Shown here: one piece after another, positions 1 to 11,559 of the stretch | Layout of the letters: every line of letters begins with the position of its first letter | Position numbering within the stretch: position 1 is the stretch's first letter | Assembly: GCA_016200205.1 (NCBI GenBank) | Contig: JACQFF010000070.1 | Coordinates: 10,692 to 74,691 of the forward strand | Length of the DNA stretch: 64,000 nt | Source of the DNA: Planctomycetia bacterium | Lineage (GTDB): Bacteria > Planctomycetota > Planctomycetia > Pirellulales > PALSA-1355 | Direction: 5' to 3' | Notes under the pieces: model-generated | What the model was told of the DNA's origin: nothing | Databases searched by the model: none | What the model saw: only the letters and a program-made list of their open reading frames with translations | Position numbers and translations under genes: made by a program

Positions 1-477
1 GGCGGGGGCGAAATGGTGATGGACGACCACGATTTTCGCCGCCCCGGGCCCAGCGCTGCGGAATGCCTCGGCGCAGAAATCGAGCTGCCAGCGCTCGATC
101 CGGCCGCCAGTGATGGCTGTCAACGGAGCCGTCGTGTTCAGCGCCACGATGACCGCGTCTTCGCGGCGCAGCACCGTATCCAACTCGTTCGAAATAAAAC
201 GGCGGTACAACTCATAGGGCTGAAAGACTCGTTCCCACACCCGATAGAGCGGCACGTCGTGGTTGCCGGGCACCGTAACCAGCGGCACCTTTGGCAATCG
301 ATCGAGAAACGCCTGGGCGTCGGCAAACTGCTGGGTCTTGGCCCGTTGCGTGAAGTCGCCGCTGGCAACGATGATGTCCGCCTTCATTTCGGGCGCGGCG
401 CGGAGCAGCGCTTCGCCGACCTCCGGCACAAAGGCCGGGCCGAAATGGAGATCGGAGATGTGCAATAGAGTCAACAT
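1..477 (-). CDS. metallophosphoesterase (calcineurin-like), C-terminus cut by window edge
   Basis: Minus-strand frame is open from the ATG at 477-475 to base 1. It is absent from the ORF track because it runs off the window. My translation is MLTLLHISDLHFGPAFVPE..VASGDFTQRA..VTVPGNHDVP..VVVHHHFAPA, which carries the DxH / GD / GNHD / HH metallophosphatase motifs. Confidence 0.75.
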   Translation of the reverse strand, partial: MLTLLHISDLHFGPAFVPEVGEALLRAAPEMKADIIVASGDFTQRAKTQQFADAQAFLDRLPKVPLVTVPGNHDVPLYRVWERVFQPYELYRRFISNELDTVLRREDAVIVALNTTAPLTAITGGRIERWQLDFCAEAFRSAGPGAAKIVVVHHHFAPA

Positions 478-780
478 CGCGGTTCCCGATTGGAACGATG
501 GTTCTCTTGTAGCACGAACCGCGCCGCGTAGCCAACCGGTACCCGGAGCAGAAACCGAACGACCTGGGGGAAGCCGCTTGGCACTGCTAGCCTTGTGGAT
601 AGAGCCGGGGTAAGATGCAGTACCCAGTGAGGCGCCAGCCTATTTGCCCTCTCGCACACCGCAACGCTGACGCCTCGGGGGCAAAACCCACGCACAATCC
701 ACACAGAAGCCTAACCGATGCCTAACACGGCCGTGGTATCCATGACTCGTCGCGAGCGATCTGGGGGTTTTGCGGAATCC

Positions 781-1473
781 ATGCACATGGCAACTGAACG
801 CGTCCTGGTCGTCGACGACGAAGAGGATTTGCTGGAGCTGATCCGTTACAACCTGAGCAAAGAGGGCTATCAAGTTCGCTGCGTTTACACCGGCGAGATG
901 GCCATTCGCGAAGCCAAAAGGCACTTGCCGGATCTGATTCTGTTGGATTTGTTGCTGCCGATGGTCGACGGCCTGAGCGTCTGCAAGATTCTCAAGAACG
1001 ACCCCCAGACCCAACACATCCCGATCGTGATGGTCACCGCCAAAACGGAAGAAGCGGACGTCGTCAGCGGGCTCGAGTTGGGAGCCGACGACTACATTAC
1101 CAAGCCCTTCAGTCCTCGCGTGCTGCTGGCTCGCATTCGCGCCGTGCTGAGGCGCCATCTCAAGCAATCGATGGACGACTCGTCGACGATCAAAATCCGC
1201 GAGTTGGTCATTCATCCGGGTCGTCACGAGGTGCTCTTGAGGGGACGCCCCCTCGACTTGACTTTCACCGAATTTCGCCTGCTGCAATTCCTGGCGCGCA
1301 AGCCTGGCTGGGCCTTTTCGCGCAGTCAGATTGTCGACGCGGTCAAAGGCGAGGATTATCCGGTAACGGAGCGATCGGTCGACGTGCAAGTGGCGGGCCT
1401 GCGGAAAAAACTCGCCGATCTGGGCAGCTATATCGAAACAGTGCGAGGGGTGGGCTACCGCTTCAGGGAATAG
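781..1473 (+). CDS. OmpR/PhoB-family response regulator (receiver + winged-helix)
   Basis: ORF 718..1473. Receiver signature RVLVVDDEEDLL..PDLILLDLLLPMVDG..VTAK and a C-terminal winged helix (..IETVRGVGYRF). Start trimmed to ATG 781 (787 also possible), just before the receiver domain. The stop lies 2 nt before the kinase ATG. Confidence 0.9.
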   Translation: MHMATERVLVVDDEEDLLELIRYNLSKEGYQVRCVYTGEMAIREAKRHLPDLILLDLLLPMVDGLSVCKILKNDPQTQHIPIVMVTAKTEEADVVSGLELGADDYITKPFSPRVLLARIRAVLRRHLKQSMDDSSTIKIRELVIHPGRHEVLLRGRPLDLTFTEFRLLQFLARKPGWAFSRSQIVDAVKGEDYPVTERSVDVQVAGLRKKLADLGSYIETVRGVGYRFRE

Positions 1474-1475
1474 CC

Positions 1476-3116
1476 ATGCCCAAACGACGCCTGCTGTGGC
1501 ATCTCTTCCCCTCCTACGCCGCGACCGCGCTGCTGGCGGTGTTGGGCGTCGGCTGGGTGGCTCTGCGTCAATTCGAGCAATCTCATCTCAGCGCGGTGCG
1601 CGATGACTTGCGAGCGCGGGCAGATTTTCTCGACGGCCAGCTTGGCCCTGAAATCCCCAATGACCGCGCGCCGTTCGCCGATTTCTGCCGCCGCTTCGGT
1701 CCGGCCAGTGGGATCCGCATTACTCTGATCCTCCCGACCGGCCAGGTAGATTGCGATAGCCAAAACCGGCCCGAGGAACTGGAAAACCAGCTCAACCGTC
1801 CCGAAATCCGCCGGGCGCTCTCGGGCGAGGCACGCGACGCCATCCGTTACAACCAGGCGCTGGATCAGCGGGTGATCTACATGGCCGTGCCGGTGCTGCG
1901 CAACGACAGCGTTTTCGGGGTGTTCTACCTCTCGACGCCGCTGACAGCCTTGGATCAGGCGCGCTCGCGAATCGAGATCCAAATTCTGCTGGTGGGGCTG
2001 GCGATCGGCGTGTGCGCCCTGCCACTGGCATGGTGGGTCGCGCGCGACGTCGGGCGGCCGCTGGACCAAATGCGGCAAGCCGCCGATCGGCTCGCGGGGG
2101 GCCAGTGGGGCACGCGCGCCGCCATTCCCGATCCACAAGAACCCGCCGCGCTGGCCGAGTCGTTCAATCGAATGGCCTCGCAGTTGCAGCAGCGGATCGG
2201 CATCTTGATCCAGCACAACAACGAACAGAAGGCCGTGCTGACCAGCATGGCTGAAGGCGTGCTGGCGGTGGACAACCAGGAGCGCGTGATCAGCCTGAAC
2301 GAAGCTTCCGGAAAGCTGCTAGGTCTCAACTTGTCGCAGGCCCGCGGCCGCCGGCTGCACGAGGTGGTCCGCAATGCCGACTTGACCCGGTTCATCAGCC
2401 GGGCGCTCGGCTGCCAGGAGCCGATCGAGGCCGACGTTCTTTTCGACTTCGTGGCCAACGTGTCGCACGAACTCAAGACTCCGGTGACTTCGATCAAGGG
2501 CTTTGTCGAAACTTTGCTCGACGGAGCGATGAAAGATCCGGACGCCGCCGAGCGGTTCTTGCGGATTGTCGCCAAGCAGGCCGACCGGCTGCACGCGATT
2601 ATCGAGGACTTGCTCAGCTTGTCGAAAATCGAACAAAGCGAAGACGCCGCCGACATCGTGCTCGAGCCCAACCCCGTGCGAGCCGTGCTCGAGGCAGCCG
2701 CCAATACCTGCCAGGCGGGCGCGATCGAGCGCAATATCGCCGTGGTGCTGACTTGCGACGAACAGCTCAAAGCCAGAATCAACCCCCTGCTGCTGGAACA
2801 GGCGGTCGTCAACCTGTTGGACAACGCCATCAAATACAGCGAACCGGGTCGCGACGTGCACGTGACTGCCGGAGAATCGAACGGCGAAGTGACGATCAGC
2901 ATCGTCGACCGCGGCAGTGGGATCGCCAGCGAGCACCTGTCGCGAATCTTCGAGCGTTTCTATCGCGTCGATCGCGCCCGAAGCCGCAAGCTGGGCGGCA
3001 CCGGACTGGGGCTTGCCATCGTCAAGCATATCGTGCAAGCCCATCACGGCCGCGTCACCGTCGACAGCACGCTCGGCGTCGGCAGCACGTTTACCGTGCA
3101 CCTGCCGCGGGCCTAA
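1476..3116 (+). CDS. sensor histidine kinase (TM-HAMP-PAS-HisKA-HATPase_c, PhoR-like)
   Basis: 546-aa ORF. It has N-terminal TM segments, a HAMP-like segment (RPLDQMRQAADRLAGG), a PAS-like segment, the H-box FVANVSHELKTP, the N-box LLDNAIKYS, and G-boxes DRGSGI / GGTGLGLAIV. Tightly coupled to the upstream regulator. Confidence 0.9.
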   Translation: MPKRRLLWHLFPSYAATALLAVLGVGWVALRQFEQSHLSAVRDDLRARADFLDGQLGPEIPNDRAPFADFCRRFGPASGIRITLILPTGQVDCDSQNRPEELENQLNRPEIRRALSGEARDAIRYNQALDQRVIYMAVPVLRNDSVFGVFYLSTPLTALDQARSRIEIQILLVGLAIGVCALPLAWWVARDVGRPLDQMRQAADRLAGGQWGTRAAIPDPQEPAALAESFNRMASQLQQRIGILIQHNNEQKAVLTSMAEGVLAVDNQERVISLNEASGKLLGLNLSQARGRRLHEVVRNADLTRFISRALGCQEPIEADVLFDFVANVSHELKTPVTSIKGFVETLLDGAMKDPDAAERFLRIVAKQADRLHAIIEDLLSLSKIEQSEDAADIVLEPNPVRAVLEAAANTCQAGAIERNIAVVLTCDEQLKARINPLLLEQAVVNLLDNAIKYSEPGRDVHVTAGESNGEVTISIVDRGSGIASEHLSRIFERFYRVDRARSRKLGGTGLGLAIVKHIVQAHHGRVTVDSTLGVGSTFTVHLPRA

Positions 3117-3200
3117 ACCGCGCCGATCGCAACCGCAATACCATTTAACGGGCGTAGCTTGCTGCGGGGTCGGCGTTACGCCGCGGGCGTCATGCCGCCC

Positions 3201-4376
3201 TTATAACCCCAAAAACGGGGCGGGCACCAGGAACGCGTGCTGCTCGTATAGGCTCCACACCCCATACCACGACAGGTACTGCGTGAAATAGACTATTGTC
3301 ACGTACAATCCCGCCACCGGCAGCATCGCCAACCGGCTCGTCCACCGCCAGAACCAATGCCGCGCCACATCGCGTCGCCCAGATCGCGCCATGGCCCAAC
3401 CGGAGAGCAGCCGGGCCGGAAACATCGAAATCACGAACAACAAGCTCGGCAGCCACGCCGCTTCACGGGGCACGATCTCGATCTTCAGCAGATACAGCGG
3501 AAGCGCCAGCACCAGCGTAACCAGCAAAGCCACGAAAAAGGCCACCGGCGCCCGCGTAAACCGCCGTCGCAACGCGCGCAATTCGAACATCGCGCCCAAA
3601 CGGTTCTCCTGGGCGAACCGCGCTTGCAAAAAAGCCAAGTGCAGCAGCACCAGCGTGAGCAGTCCTCCCCCCAGCAGGCCGACGGCGGTGCCAGGCCCGG
3701 GCCGCAGTCGCGAGGCCAGCGCCAACAGGCTCACCGGCAGCGCCAGCCAAACGGCCGCTCCCACCAGCCCGCGCAGTCCCAGCCAGAAATAATAAGGCAG
3801 CCGCAGCTCGACGAAAAAATCCCAAACCGCATCGCGCGCCCGCGCGTACGCGCCGCTTCGCAGCGCACGTCGCAACGATTGAATCGGCCGCGGCCAGAGA
3901 AAGTGCCGAATTCGGGCCCCTCGCAAACAGGCACCCACGATCTGCAAAACAACCAATACGCTCAAAACGATCAGAGCCAGATCCCACCCTTGAACTGCCC
4001 GACTCGTCGGATCGATCAGCCGCGCCGAAAATCGCAGCGACGAAGCGATCCACAGCGGGATCATCAGGATCGAAACGCCCACGGCGATCCGCCCCAACTG
4101 CGCCGCTATGCGCACGCCCACGAAAGCGGCGCGAAGCCGACCCGTACGCGCGACCCGGCCGCTGACTTCAAGCAGATACCCCAAGCTGAGCAACTGTACG
4201 ACGGGAATAGTCGCCAGCACCGATAGCGCGATGATGAGTGTCGCGGTTCCAAAAATCCACTCGATGGCCGAGGCGGCGGTGCCCAGCATGCCAAGCCGCG
4301 GCGTGACGACGACCGTCGCCACGATCATCGGTTCATGCATGCTACTGTCTGAAATTACCGCTGGGCTTGTTGTCAT
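3201..4376 (-). CDS. polytopic inner-membrane protein, hypothetical (DUF4013-like)
   Basis: Only the C-terminal 391 aa of ORF 3201..5177 are kept. They start at ATG 4376 (MTTSPAVISD..), are very hydrophobic, and contain 8 or more predicted TM helices. The upstream part of the ORF is antisense to uvrA and is rejected. The family assignment rests on resemblance only (..LSLGYLLEVSGRVAR..). Confidence 0.6.
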   Translation of the reverse strand: MTTSPAVISDSSMHEPMIVATVVVTPRLGMLGTAASAIEWIFGTATLIIALSVLATIPVVQLLSLGYLLEVSGRVARTGRLRAAFVGVRIAAQLGRIAVGVSILMIPLWIASSLRFSARLIDPTSRAVQGWDLALIVLSVLVVLQIVGACLRGARIRHFLWPRPIQSLRRALRSGAYARARDAVWDFFVELRLPYYFWLGLRGLVGAAVWLALPVSLLALASRLRPGPGTAVGLLGGGLLTLVLLHLAFLQARFAQENRLGAMFELRALRRRFTRAPVAFFVALLVTLVLALPLYLLKIEIVPREAAWLPSLLFVISMFPARLLSGWAMARSGRRDVARHWFWRWTSRLAMLPVAGLYVTIVYFTQYLSWYGVWSLYEQHAFLVPAPFLGL

Positions 4377-4532
4377 GGGCCCGGCTGCCTGGGAAAACCA
4401 CGTGTCCCCTGGTTCATTATCCGCGAACCCACCCACTATAGCGTAGCGTGCTGGATGTGCTTTGCCACGTCCCAGCTTCTGTGTTAGGTTGTCAAGTTGC
4501 GGAACTATTCCTTTTCTTCGAGTGGGCAAGCG

Positions 4533-7430
<2,898 letters not shown>

Positions 7431-7540
7431 TTCGCGCTGGGGACTGTCCCGACCTTGCGGAGTCCTCGGAGCAAAATGAACTGTCCGCTTCTTCGAGGCG
7501 GCTTTGTTAGAGTTCCTGACAAGAAGTCCGGCCCCGGCGG

Positions 7541-7858
7541 CTACCACAAACTTTTCAAGAGAAAGAGCGTCCAGCCCACGGCCAGTGCCACCCCAGTGTA
7601 GATCAGTATGCGCGGATTCGAGTACCACGAGCCCCAAAATCGGATCGTATTTGGGTGCCACCACTTCCAGAGTGCATGAATCCACGCCGCGGTGAGCAGG
7701 CCGAGCACGTATCCAGCAACGGCAGCGGTGAGTTGGTCGAAGATGAAGCGCAAAAGATGGCCCTCTCCCCCCACCGGACGCCCAATTTCCGGCAAGCGGA
7801 CCAAGTCGATATGGCGGTTCCGGAACCCGCAATTTAGCGGTGATCGACACTGCGCCAA
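7541..7858 (-). CDS. small hypothetical membrane protein (2 TM)
   Basis: 105-aa ORF in the uvrA/DUF1501 intergenic gap with two hydrophobic helices (AAVAGYVLGLLTAAWI, ILIYTGVALAVGWTLFLL). I recognise no family, and the start is uncertain. Confidence 0.3.
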   Translation of the reverse strand: MAQCRSPLNCGFRNRHIDLVRLPEIGRPVGGEGHLLRFIFDQLTAAVAGYVLGLLTAAWIHALWKWWHPNTIRFWGSWYSNPRILIYTGVALAVGWTLFLLKSLW

Positions 7859-8074
7859 GACGCATCGTTAAAAGAATCCGCAACTGCAATTTAAAAATTG
7901 ACACATCCGATCGAGGGGTCGCATAAGCTTGTGCTTATGTGTCGCCTGCCGTAAAATGCATTCGGTTTTTGGGCCAGCGCCGAGGCCGTGGGCCAAGCAG
8001 ACAATTGCCACGCCCGATGACGCGCCGCGCACAAGGGGGCTCCCGCATCGGCTTACTTTTAAGGAGGCCAAGCG

Positions 8075-9340
8075 ATGTTGACATTCCTCGGACGGCGTCG
8101 ACGGTATTGTGACGGCATCTCGCGGCGGGATTTTTTGCGGGTGGGGGCCCTGGCAGTTGGCGGGCTGAGCATGGCCGACTTGCTGCGGCTCAAGGCTCAA
8201 GCGGCGGTCGGCCCACCTCCCGGCAAGTCGGTGATCATGGTCTTCCTGCACGGCGGACCGTCGCATCTCGACATGTACGACATGAAGCCGCAGGCGCCGG
8301 TGGAGTTCCGCGGCGAATTCCGGCCCATCCATACCAATGTGCCCGGCATCGACATTTGCGAACTGATGCCCCGCCAGGCACAAATCGCCGACAAGCTGGC
8401 GATTCTGCGGGGGTTGCATTTTGTCGAGGAGCATAGCGCCCATTCCCTGTGGACCGGCTATCCCGAACGGATTAGCCGGCCAGCCTTCGGCTCGGTGGTC
8501 AGCTACTTCAAGGGCCGCCAGGACGGGCTGCCGCCGTATGTCAGTCTGATGAACCGCCCGACGGACGAAGACCCGGCTTATGCCGGCTCGGGCCACCGGC
8601 CGTTTGTCCCCACCGGCCCGGGCTTGGAAAACCTAGGACTGGTCGCCGGCGTGTCGTTGGACCGGCTGCACGATCGCAAGCAACTGTTATCGCATTTAGA
8701 CGGCATCCGCCGCGACATCGACTACCGCGGCGCCTTGGCCGGCCTCGACGCCTACACGGTGCGGGCGTTGGACATGGTCGCCTCGAGCAAAACGCGCGAA
8801 GCGTTCGACATCAACCAGGAATCGCCCGCGACGCGCCAGCGGTACGGTAAGCCGAACGAAGACTTCCTGCGTGCCCGGCGATTGGTCGAAGCCGGCATTT
8901 CGGTGGTCACGCTGGTGGTCGGCGGTTGGGACACGCACGGCAACAACTTCAACGCCCTGCGCAGCCTGCTGCCCAACTTGGATCAGGGCGTGCACGCTCT
9001 GGTGAGCGATTTGCACGAGCGCGGCTTGGGCAAGGACGTGGCCGTGGTAGTGTGGGGCGAATTTGGCCGCACGCCGCGCGTCAACGTCAGCGCCGGTCGC
9101 GACCACTGGCCGATTGCCGGCTCCGCCGTCCTGGCCGGCGGCAATTTCAAAACCGGCCAGATCATCGGCGAAACCGACGCCCACGGCGAACATCCCAAGG
9201 GATTGTCGATGACCGCCAGCCACGTGCTGACCAGTCTGTACGAGCACCTGGGCATCGATCCGGCCCGGACCATTCCCAACAACAACGGCCGCCCGATGTA
9301 CCTGCTCGACGAGCGCGATCCGGTGCCGGGATTGGTGTGA
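8075..9340 (+). CDS. DUF1501 domain protein (sulfatase/alkaline-phosphatase-like, Tat signal)
   Basis: 421 aa. Twin-arginine leader RRDFLRVGALAVGG, then VFLHGGPSHLDMYDMKP, GGWDTHGNNF and GEFGRTP..GRDHW motifs typical of planctomycete DUF1501. AAGGAGG lies 8 nt upstream of the ATG. Confidence 0.9.
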   Translation: MLTFLGRRRRYCDGISRRDFLRVGALAVGGLSMADLLRLKAQAAVGPPPGKSVIMVFLHGGPSHLDMYDMKPQAPVEFRGEFRPIHTNVPGIDICELMPRQAQIADKLAILRGLHFVEEHSAHSLWTGYPERISRPAFGSVVSYFKGRQDGLPPYVSLMNRPTDEDPAYAGSGHRPFVPTGPGLENLGLVAGVSLDRLHDRKQLLSHLDGIRRDIDYRGALAGLDAYTVRALDMVASSKTREAFDINQESPATRQRYGKPNEDFLRARRLVEAGISVVTLVVGGWDTHGNNFNALRSLLPNLDQGVHALVSDLHERGLGKDVAVVVWGEFGRTPRVNVSAGRDHWPIAGSAVLAGGNFKTGQIIGETDAHGEHPKGLSMTASHVLTSLYEHLGIDPARTIPNNNGRPMYLLDERDPVPGLV

Positions 9341-9376
9341 CCTGATTTGGTGCGACGTTTTACGGCGTCGGCGTAA

Positions 9377-9404
9377 AAGCCCAGGGACGGCCGTCCCTGG
9401 GCTT
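9377..9404. terminator. 28-nt perfect palindrome between convergent genes (bidirectional terminator candidate)
   Basis: AAGCCCAGGGACGG/CCGTCCCTGGGCTT is read directly. It is preceded by a second small hairpin (TTTTACG..CGTAAAA). It sits between the stop at 9340 (+) and the stop at 9449 (-). Confidence 0.5.
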
Positions 9405-9448
9405 GAATTCTGATCGGGCCGAATACGACTGGGCGCTTGGTCAACCGT

Positions 9449-10567
9449 CTACCGTCGCGCATACTTCCCCAGCGCGTCAATGTTCAACTCAATCCCCAAC
9501 CCCGGCCCGGTGGGCACTTGCAAAAATCCCTCGGCGTCGAGTTGGAAGCGGGGCGTGACGAGCTCTTCGATGTAGGGCACGCCGGTTTGGAACTCGACCC
9601 AGCGGGCGAGGGGCATGGCGGCGGAAAGGGCCAGGTCGGCGGCCACGCCGATCGCCGTGTTCCAACCGTGCGGCACGAGCAATATGCCGTGGTCGTGGGC
9701 CATCCATGCCAGCCGACGGCCTTCGCTCAAGCCGCCACACTTGGTCAGATCGGGTTGAATGATGTCCACCGCGCGCGAGCTGATCAGTGGCTGAAACGAT
9801 TGACGGCGCGTGAGCACTTCGCCGGTGGCTACCAAAACCGGCGACGTTTCTCGCAACTGTCTGAACCCCTCCACATCGTCGGGCACGAGAGCTTCCTCGA
9901 ACCACACCACGCCATAATCGCCCAACATCCGCGCGGTTTGGCGGGCCCACGCGAGGCCGTGCGGCCAGAATTGTTCGCTGCCGCCGGCGTCGACCATCAG
10001 TTCAACGTCATCGCCAACCGTTTCGCGCGCCGTTTTGACAAGCAGTTCATCGAGCTTGCGGCTCACGCGGCCAAACGGACGCCAGCCCATCTTGATGGCG
10101 CGAAATCCCCGCGCGAGCTGTTCGTGCAATTTTTCCGCGAGCACGGTCGGATCATCGAACAGAATTGAAGCGTAGGGCTTGACGGACTCGCGATAGTTGC
10201 CGCCCAACAGCTTGGATACGGGCTGCGCAAGCGCTTTGCCCCACAGATCCCACAGCGCGATATCCAGGCCGCTGATCGTGTGCTCGACCGATCCGCCGCG
10301 GCCGAGCCAGAACATCGACTGGCGCATGCCTTCGCTGACGCGCTCGGGTTCGAGCGCCGATTGGCCGATTAAAAACGGCCTGAGCAGTTCCAACGAGCCG
10401 TCGACCAGCGCCCGCGTGGTATAGCAACTGCCCAGGCCCAAAATACCCTCGTCACTGGCCACTTCGACCAGCGTGTTGTATTGCACGTTAGGGTCGGTTC
10501 CGCCGGGCCAGCCGTGGTCGTCGGTCGCCCCCGACAGGGCAATGGTGCGCACGGCGGCGATCTTCAT
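9449..10567 (-). CDS. enolase-superfamily enzyme (mandelate racemase/muconate lactonizing family, acid-sugar dehydratase-like)
   Basis: 372 aa. Motifs: SGLDIALWDLWGKA, VDAGG, WFEEA, and DIIQPDL..CGG..E, the metal-ligand pattern of the MR/MLE family. Confidence 0.9.
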   Translation of the reverse strand: MKIAAVRTIALSGATDDHGWPGGTDPNVQYNTLVEVASDEGILGLGSCYTTRALVDGSLELLRPFLIGQSALEPERVSEGMRQSMFWLGRGGSVEHTISGLDIALWDLWGKALAQPVSKLLGGNYRESVKPYASILFDDPTVLAEKLHEQLARGFRAIKMGWRPFGRVSRKLDELLVKTARETVGDDVELMVDAGGSEQFWPHGLAWARQTARMLGDYGVVWFEEALVPDDVEGFRQLRETSPVLVATGEVLTRRQSFQPLISSRAVDIIQPDLTKCGGLSEGRRLAWMAHDHGILLVPHGWNTAIGVAADLALSAAMPLARWVEFQTGVPYIEELVTPRFQLDAEGFLQVPTGPGLGIELNIDALGKYARR

Positions 10568-10654
10568 GATTGAACTCCGGGCCGGTTACGAAGATACTCA
10601 TACTAGTGACCGCCCGCCGCGAAACCAAGCCATGCCCCGCTTCGAGGTGCTTCC

Positions 10655-11557
10655 TTGACCAGTCGAGCCGCGAGTGAATATCGCTATGAAAAACTGACCT
10701 GGCCGGAAATCGACGACGCCATCGAGTTAGGCAAGGTCTGCGTGTTGCCCTGCGGTGCGGTCGAGCAACACGGTCCGCACCTGCCGCTGGACGTCGATTT
10801 GGTTTGTCCCGGCGGTATTGCGCGCGGCGCCGGTCAACTGATTCCCGAAAAAATGCTGGTGCTGCCGATCGTGGCCTACGGCTACACCGGCCACGTGATG
10901 GATTTTCCCGGCACGATCAACAATGATTTCGAGCACTTCATGCACCACGTGCTCGATATCACCAAATCGCTGGCGTACCACGGCTTCAAAAAAATAATTC
11001 TCCTCAATGGACACGGTTCGAACATGCCCAACTTGGATCTCGTCGCCCGGCGGACGAATCTGGAAACGGACGCCGAATGCCTGGTCGCCGCGTGGTGGAA
11101 TCTGCTCACGGTCGACAAGGAATTCTTGCCGCGCTGGCGCGAGAGCAAGTTTCCAGGCGGCTGCTCCCATGCCTGCGAGTTGGAGACATCGCTCTATTTA
11201 TATCTCGACGGCGACAACGTGCGCAAAAATGAGATCAAAAACGGGACGATCAGCTTCAACGAGGAGAACAATCCGTTCAATTGGGTCGACCTGTTTGCGC
11301 ATGGCCCGGCGACGGTGATCTCGTGGACCAGCAGTTACAGCGAAACGGGCGTGCTCGGCGAACCGGAGTTGGCCACGGCCGAAAAAGGGCAGCAAGTTTA
11401 CGAAGAGGCGGTCAAGCAGTTGGTGCGATTCATCACCTACTTCAAAGATCGGCCCTGCGACGTGCGGCGCGATCGCCATCGCCAAAAGCCGTCCATGCCG
11501 ATGCCGTGGGGTCAACGGCCGATCGGTGACAAACGCGGCGAACCTCGCGAGACGTAA
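10655..11557 (+). CDS. creatininase-family amidohydrolase
   Basis: 300 aa. Motifs: LPCGAVEQHGPHLPLDVD, ILLNGHGSN, and HACELETS. The apparent start is TTG, because there is no in-frame ATG near the N-terminus. Confidence 0.85.
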   Translation: MTSRAASEYRYEKLTWPEIDDAIELGKVCVLPCGAVEQHGPHLPLDVDLVCPGGIARGAGQLIPEKMLVLPIVAYGYTGHVMDFPGTINNDFEHFMHHVLDITKSLAYHGFKKIILLNGHGSNMPNLDLVARRTNLETDAECLVAAWWNLLTVDKEFLPRWRESKFPGGCSHACELETSLYLYLDGDNVRKNEIKNGTISFNEENNPFNWVDLFAHGPATVISWTSSYSETGVLGEPELATAEKGQQVYEEAVKQLVRFITYFKDRPCDVRRDRHRQKPSMPMPWGQRPIGDKRGEPRET

Positions 11558-11559
11558 AC

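Noticed and set aside
718-780. Upstream ATGs (718, 742) as the start of the response regulator.
   Set aside because: They would add 21 non-conserved residues ahead of the receiver domain, so ATG 781 or 787 is the more typical start. This is not resolvable from sequence alone.
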